Of a stretch of 4,409 nt of DNA, positions 1 to 4,409 are shown in pieces. Source of the DNA: a virus. Taxonomy: Duplodnaviria > Heunggongvirae > Uroviricota > Caudoviricetes. Made by a program: the position numbers and the translations under genes. Each line of letters opens with the position of its first letter. Position 1 is the first letter of the stretch. The stretch is taken from the IMG/VR virus record IMGVR_UViG_2529292717_000009; one strand, 5' to 3'. The notes beneath the pieces were generated by a model. It had not been told where the DNA came from and did no database searches. It saw only the letters and a program-made list of their open reading frames with translations.

Positions 1-350
1 CCTGCGATGCCCTGCAGATGGCGCTGTGGCGGCGTAAGAGGCCCCGGAACGTTATCGTTCACACGGACCGTGGAGGCCAGTACTGTTCAGCAGATTATCA
101 GGCGCAACTGAAGCGGCATAATCTGCGTGGAAGTATGAGCGCAAAAGGTTGCTGCTACGATAATGCCTGCGTGGAAAGCTTCTTTCATTCGCTGAAAGTG
201 GAATGTATCCATGGAGAACACTTTATCAGCCGGGAAATAATGCGGGCAACGGTGTTTAATTATATCGAATGTGATTACAATCGGTGGCGGCGGCACAGTT
301 GGTGTGGCGGCCTCAGTCCGGAACAATTTGAAAACCAGAACCTCGCTTAG
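1..350 (+). CDS. insF: IS3 transposase OrfB (InsF-type, DDE integrase core), C-terminal fragment; 5' end beyond the window edge
   Basis: The frame is open from nt 3 ([29 protein letters not shown]...), so the annotated ATG at 18 is internal. It contains the second catalytic Asp context (HTDRGGQY) and the catalytic Glu context ([14 protein letters not shown]) typical of IS3-family DDE transposases. Stop TAG at 348-350. Confidence 0.9.
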   Translation, partial: CDALQMALWRRKRPRNVIVHTDRGGQYCSADYQAQLKRHNLRGSMSAKGCCYDNACVESFFHSLKVECIHGEHFISREIMRATVFNYIECDYNRWRRHSWCGGLSPEQFENQNLA

Positions 351-380
351 GCCTGTGTCCATATTACGTGGGTAGGATCA
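342..380. repeat. IS3 right terminal inverted repeat (IRR), about 39 bp, overlapping the 3' end of orfB
   Basis: Terminal sequence ...GGCCTGTGTCCATATTACGTGGGTAGGATCA ends at 380 with CA. It matches the remembered IS3 IR when reverse-complemented. The exact inner limit of the IR is approximate. Confidence 0.7.
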
Positions 381-467
381 TGGAAAAGGCAAGTGTTATT
401 GCAAAACTGCAATCTCTCGGCTTTGTAATTGCTGGTTATGAAGAACTTGCGATCCCTACGACTTAAC

Positions 468-472
468 AAGGA
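468..472 (+). promoter_or_regulatory. Shine-Dalgarno (AAGGA) for the 343-aa ORF
   Basis: AAGGA at 468-472, 8 nt upstream of ATG 481. The in-frame upstream stop TGA at 439-441 prevents any longer N-terminal extension. Confidence 0.6.
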
Positions 473-480
473 AAATAATA

Positions 481-1512
481 ATGAATGATTTATCAACATA
501 TTTTGGCGTTAATACTGCGGTAGTAACTCCATTTGCTTATGAGAATGCACTTAATACCCTGATTACTAATCTCGATCTGTTCGATGTGCAATATCATACA
601 GAAAACAGCATTCTTCTTACCGACCTGATTGATCAGTTTGTGCAGGTAGCTGGGGAAACCTCGCCTTACGCTCAAAGCGACTGGAACGCCTCTAAACGTC
701 AGGAATGGTCAAACAAACTTTTCCAGATGAAACACGTCGGCAGTATTAACGCTGTTACTTCTCGTGACCTGGAACAATACAGCCGCCAATATCCAAACCG
801 TTCTGATGCTATGCTGGTAGCGGTTAATGATTTCTCTGAGGCTCATTACCGTTCACACGCAAACCGTGTTGAAGTGGATCTGATTACCGCGCTGCTGGGC
901 CTGAAAGTTGAATCTGAATATGCCGGACAAGGTGATCTCGACTTCCTCGACGGTCAGGCTAAAACCACGGTACCCGCTATCGACTTTGCATCGACTACTG
1001 TTAACCCGTTCCTTGCTATTCGTAAAGCGGTGCGCTTACAGAGTGAAAAGCTGGGGTCTGGTCTTGCTGCAAAGCGAACTGGTGTAATTATCTTTGCTGC
1101 TGGCACTGCTGCTGATGGTTTGTCATCTAACCCGCTGATCAGTGACATGGTGAAATATGCAGGCGATGCGAGTGCTACGGCCCTGTTTACCCGTATGGTT
1201 GATTCTAACCCAGCCTATGACTCTTTCCAGATTGGTGGGATCACTGTTATTGATGTGTCAATGTTTCCTGAGATTGTTGCTCACATCGGAGAGAACGGTT
1301 TCGCAATTGTTCCGGTAATGGATAAAGCGGCACAGTGTTACCAGCTTCACACAGGCGTTGGTGTGCGTCATGCTGAGTTAGGTCAAGATGCCGTGTTACA
1401 TCACCAATATCTAATCAAGGATGAATTCCAATTCCCATCTGTGGTTACTGAGACATCTTATCTGCCAGTAAACAACATTCCGCAAGCTATCATCTTCGGA
1501 TCTGCTGCGTAA
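481..1512 (+). CDS. hypothetical protein, 343 aa; function unknown (soluble, Ala/Thr/Val/Asp-rich; no Walker A or other catalytic motif seen)
   Basis: Long uninterrupted ORF with ATG start and good SD; stop TAA at 1510-1512 followed by a second TAA. No membrane-spanning segment is evident. Size and composition are compatible with a structural protein (capsid-like), but this is conjecture. Confidence 0.8.
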   Translation: MNDLSTYFGVNTAVVTPFAYENALNTLITNLDLFDVQYHTENSILLTDLIDQFVQVAGETSPYAQSDWNASKRQEWSNKLFQMKHVGSINAVTSRDLEQYSRQYPNRSDAMLVAVNDFSEAHYRSHANRVEVDLITALLGLKVESEYAGQGDLDFLDGQAKTTVPAIDFASTTVNPFLAIRKAVRLQSEKLGSGLAAKRTGVIIFAAGTAADGLSSNPLISDMVKYAGDASATALFTRMVDSNPAYDSFQIGGITVIDVSMFPEIVAHIGENGFAIVPVMDKAAQCYQLHTGVGVRHAELGQDAVLHHQYLIKDEFQFPSVVTETSYLPVNNIPQAIIFGSAA

Positions 1513-1653
1513 TAAAGCATTAATAGACGATTCCCCATAGGGGCAATAAGGGTAAGGGATAATCATATAAGCAAAATATGCGCTGTCTCTTGCCCTTTTT
1601 GTTTTTCTACTGTCTACAAACCCAAATAAAAATATATATGTGAGAGAAAACCA

Positions 1654-1851
1654 ATGAATACAGAAAACCCACAATCCTTTATTCTTAAGGCTGTAAAAGA
1701 ACTGGCAGCTATTAGCGAGGAATCAGTTATAAACACATCGGCGCTTTGCCGCCTTTTAGAAATTGATGCAAATAATGTGCGCCAGCGTGTCTTTCAGACT
1801 GGGTGCAGCACTTTCGAAGCAATTCAATACTATTGCTCTAAAAAACAATAA
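1654..1851 (+). CDS. small hypothetical protein, 65 aa; possible helix-turn-helix DNA-binding protein
   Basis: ATG at 1654 preceded by a weak SD (GAGAG at 1642-1646). The segment TSALCRLLEIDANNVRQRV has the hydrophobic/polar pattern of an HTH recognition unit. The short length keeps confidence moderate. Confidence 0.5.
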   Translation: MNTENPQSFILKAVKELAAISEESVINTSALCRLLEIDANNVRQRVFQTGCSTFEAIQYYCSKKQ

Positions 1852-1870
1852 TAAACAACAATCATAATAC

Positions 1871-1875
1871 AGGGA
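1871..1875 (+). promoter_or_regulatory. Shine-Dalgarno (AGGGA) for the 614-aa ORF
   Basis: AGGGA at 1871-1875, 10 nt upstream of ATG 1886. Only 34 nt separate it from the upstream 65-aa ORF, suggesting co-transcription. Confidence 0.55.
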
Positions 1876-1885
1876 AACAATTAGC

Positions 1886-3730
1886 ATGTTAGAACTTAAC
1901 GTCAGCCGCTTATCAAACGTTGTCACCTTCCAGGTTGATCGACCATCATTAGAGAAAGCAAAAGCAGAAGTAGAAAAACTTCGTAAACAAATGGCGGCTG
2001 TGAAAGATATAGAATTGCGTATTAAGACACATAAACAATCAACCGCTAAAGCAAAAAAAGACGTAGACGATATTGCTAAAAAGCAAGCACAGGCTGATAA
2101 AGCTAATGCTAAAGCACAATTAGCCGCTCAACGTGTAGTTGCAAGAGAACAAAAAGCCCTGGCAGCACGCAAAGAGAAGGCAGAATTAAAGCTTTTAGAC
2201 GTTGGATCAAGCATTAGTGCAATGCACCGTCTTTCTGTAGCGGAACAATATAAAGCTATTGCACAGGCTAGAGAAATTGCCCTCCAATATGAAAGAGGCG
2301 CTATTAGTCTGGCACGTATGAATAGCCAAATGAAACGCCTACAACAGCAACAACGTAAGATTAATGGCAATCGTAACGCTCACGCTAAAGCCTATGCACC
2401 TGTTAAGGGTAGCGGGAGTATTGGCGGCGGTGCTGCGGCTGTTATGCTGGGTGGCTTAGGCGCTGGCGCTACGTATATGGCTATGAGTAAAGCCTCTGAA
2501 TTTGTTACTAACAGCTTTGCGAATGCTGAAACAGAAGGAGAATTAATCCAACGTGCAAGGCTTGGTGGAGTTGATTACAACTTACTTAATAATCTTGAGC
2601 GTTGGGCATATGACAACGGGATCGATAGCCTCCAGGGTGATCAGGGACGCAGAAAAATACTAGATGCCATCGGTAAAGATGTAAAGGAACGCGCTACCAA
2701 AAGCTATGACGAGGCTGAATATGTAGTTGATAAGAAAACTGGTAAAGGAGAATGGAAGGGCGGCGATAGCGGCATCAATACTTTAATGAATGAAGGATTC
2801 TTAACTAAAAAGGATCTAAAAGACTTTGCTGATAATCCGGCTGGTCTGGTTAGTAAAGCAGTTCAGGGAATGGTAGCTAAAGGCTATTCAGATGCACAAA
2901 TCGGTAGTCGTCTGGAAGATCTGGCTGATGATTTGATGCTCACCTCTAAATACTGGACACGCTCCGCTAAAGAAGTGGAACAATCAGCACGAGAACAACG
3001 AGAATCAGGGCGCTGGGTAACACAGGCACAACAGGAAAGCGTTATTAAATTCCGTGAACTGAATAATGCACTTAGTGGGCTTTCTGACTCACAAGGGATC
3101 GCCTTTGTTGATGGCTTTATGAAATCTCTTGATCCGAAAGTGATTGAAGAGTTTAAAAAGAGCATGGTTGCAATGCTGCCAATGTTTACCAAATTAGGCG
3201 AGGCTGTAGGCGGTCTACTTAATGCGATCATGAAAACTATCAACTGGTTGATGAAAAACGACGAGAAGACGGCAGCTATTCAGAAGAATTTAGGGGATGC
3301 ACCGCCACTATCTAACGAAGGAATGAAGCAGAATCTTTCTAATCTCACTCCTGATCAATATAAAGGCGCTGGCACCGGAACAATTAAGCCAGATAACAGC
3401 AATTCCCTGGTTAACACTATTAAAAGCTGGTTTATGCCAGAAGAAACGGTAGGTGGGGCGCAGGCTGTAAATCAATACAGTCTCGAAGGACAAAACATTG
3501 CAAATCTGAAACAGAGTGCAGCACAACAAGCTTTCAAGGCTCCTTCTTACACCTTTGCACCTGTTATTAACTTCAATCCAGAATTACAAGTAAATGCAGA
3601 AGTGCCGCTAACTATCGAATCAGACACCGGACGATTGAGCGAATTTATCGACTTCAAATCAAAGGCATCCTCCGCTGAGTTTAGCAAGCTATTAACGCTG
3701 GGTGTTATGTCAGGCGGGTCAACCTATTAA
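1886..3730 (+). CDS. hypothetical protein, 614 aa: N-terminal Lys/Ala/Gln-rich coiled-coil-like region, single Gly/Ala-rich hydrophobic segment, large C-terminal domain; function unknown
   Basis: Longest ORF in the window, with ATG start and SD. Residues about 20-165 are low-complexity and charged (AKAKKDVDDIAKKQAQADKANAKAQLAAQRVVAREQKALAARKEKAELK). Residues 175-200 (GSGSIGGGAAAVMLGGLGAGATYMAM, nt 2408-2485) are Gly/Ala-rich and hydrophobic, transmembrane-like. Stop TAA at 3728-3730. Confidence 0.85.
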   Translation: MLELNVSRLSNVVTFQVDRPSLEKAKAEVEKLRKQMAAVKDIELRIKTHKQSTAKAKKDVDDIAKKQAQADKANAKAQLAAQRVVAREQKALAARKEKAELKLLDVGSSISAMHRLSVAEQYKAIAQAREIALQYERGAISLARMNSQMKRLQQQQRKINGNRNAHAKAYAPVKGSGSIGGGAAAVMLGGLGAGATYMAMSKASEFVTNSFANAETEGELIQRARLGGVDYNLLNNLERWAYDNGIDSLQGDQGRRKILDAIGKDVKERATKSYDEAEYVVDKKTGKGEWKGGDSGINTLMNEGFLTKKDLKDFADNPAGLVSKAVQGMVAKGYSDAQIGSRLEDLADDLMLTSKYWTRSAKEVEQSAREQRESGRWVTQAQQESVIKFRELNNALSGLSDSQGIAFVDGFMKSLDPKVIEEFKKSMVAMLPMFTKLGEAVGGLLNAIMKTINWLMKNDEKTAAIQKNLGDAPPLSNEGMKQNLSNLTPDQYKGAGTGTIKPDNSNSLVNTIKSWFMPEETVGGAQAVNQYSLEGQNIANLKQSAAQQAFKAPSYTFAPVINFNPELQVNAEVPLTIESDTGRLSEFIDFKSKASSAEFSKLLTLGVMSGGSTY

Positions 3731-3763
3731 TCATCGCTGTGGGGCTGTTTAGCCCCCTTAAAT

Positions 3764-3768
3764 AAGGA
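3764..3768 (+). promoter_or_regulatory. Shine-Dalgarno (AAGGA) for the 87-aa ORF
   Basis: AAGGA at 3764-3768, 9 nt upstream of ATG 3778. Confidence 0.5.
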
Positions 3769-3777
3769 TTACAAATT

Positions 3778-4409
<632 letters not shown>

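Larger units (their letters stand above)
1..380 (+). mobile_element. IS3 insertion sequence (IS3 family), right-hand portion; left part lies outside the window
   Basis: Translation of 3-350 matches, from memory, the C-terminal region of E. coli IS3 OrfB/InsF. Sequence 342-380 (GCCTGTGTCCATATTACGTGGGTAGGATCA) is the reverse complement of the remembered IS3 terminal repeat TGATCCTACCCACGTAATATGGACACAGGC, ending in the canonical ...CA. GC content is visibly higher than in the downstream cargo. Confidence 0.9.

Noticed and set aside
87-362. 91-aa minus-strand ORF inside the IS3 transposase region
   Set aside because: Entirely antisense to the well-supported IS3 orfB frame, with no SD; the known IS3 coding organisation does not include it.
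493-675. 60-aa minus-strand ORF
   Set aside because: Embedded antisense within the 343-aa gene, short, with no ribosome-binding site; most likely a frame artefact.
954-1148. 64-aa minus-strand ORF
   Set aside because: Antisense within the 343-aa gene with no translation signals.
1530-1610. Canonical rho-independent terminator after the 343-aa gene
   Set aside because: The T-tract is present, but the only complementary GC segments (GGGCAA and TTGCCC) are about 43 nt apart, giving a long loop rather than a tight GC hairpin next to the U-run. Kept only as a weak possibility in the findings.
1411-1674. 87-aa minus-strand ORF spanning the 1513-1653 spacer
   Set aside because: Overlaps the 3' end of the 343-aa gene and the start of the 65-aa gene on the opposite strand. 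The low-complexity hydrophobic translation is what an AT-rich spacer produces by chance, and there is no SD.
2053-2059. A7 homopolymer inside the 614-aa ORF as a possible slippage or phase-variation site
   Set aside because: A single short A-run in Lys-rich (AAA/AAG) coding sequence is expected by composition, and no alternative frame with a meaningful product is evident.
2128-2370. 80-aa minus-strand ORF
   Set aside because: Antisense to the coiled-coil region of the 614-aa gene; the Cys/Arg-rich translation is typical of reverse-frame artefacts of Ala/Lys-rich coding sequence.
2884-3243. 119-aa minus-strand ORF
   Set aside because: Fully contained antisense within the 614-aa gene, with no independent start signals.
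3308-3529. 73-aa minus-strand ORF
   Set aside because: Fully contained antisense within the 614-aa gene, with no independent start signals.

Overview
The window is an accessory-type locus: about 3.7 kb of AT-rich cargo (roughly 381-4045) lies between the ends of two unrelated insertion sequences. On the left (1-380) is the right-hand end of an IS3 copy, with the C-terminal part of its OrfB/InsF transposase and the terminal inverted repeat ending ...GGATCA at 380. On the right (about 4046-4409, minus strand) is the IstB-proximal end of an IS21-family element, with the IstB helper ATPase reading out of the window. The cargo holds four co-directional plus-strand ORFs with Shine-Dalgarno sequences and short spacers: 481-1512 (343 aa), 1654-1851 (65 aa, possible helix-turn-helix), 1886-3730 (614 aa) and 3778-4041 (87 aa). 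I do not recognise any of the four as a known family from memory, and no catalytic motif is visible by eye. The 614-aa protein has a distinctive layout: an N-terminal Lys/Ala/Gln-rich coiled-coil-like region, one Gly/Ala-rich hydrophobic segment, and a large C-terminal domain. The most conservative reading is a degraded phage or plasmid structural module (capsid-like, tape-measure or ejection-like, fibre-like); the alternative is an uncharacterised IS-bracketed accessory system such as a membrane-targeting defence or effector module. Sequence alone cannot decide, and no homology search was possible. No tRNA, rRNA or CRISPR array is evident.
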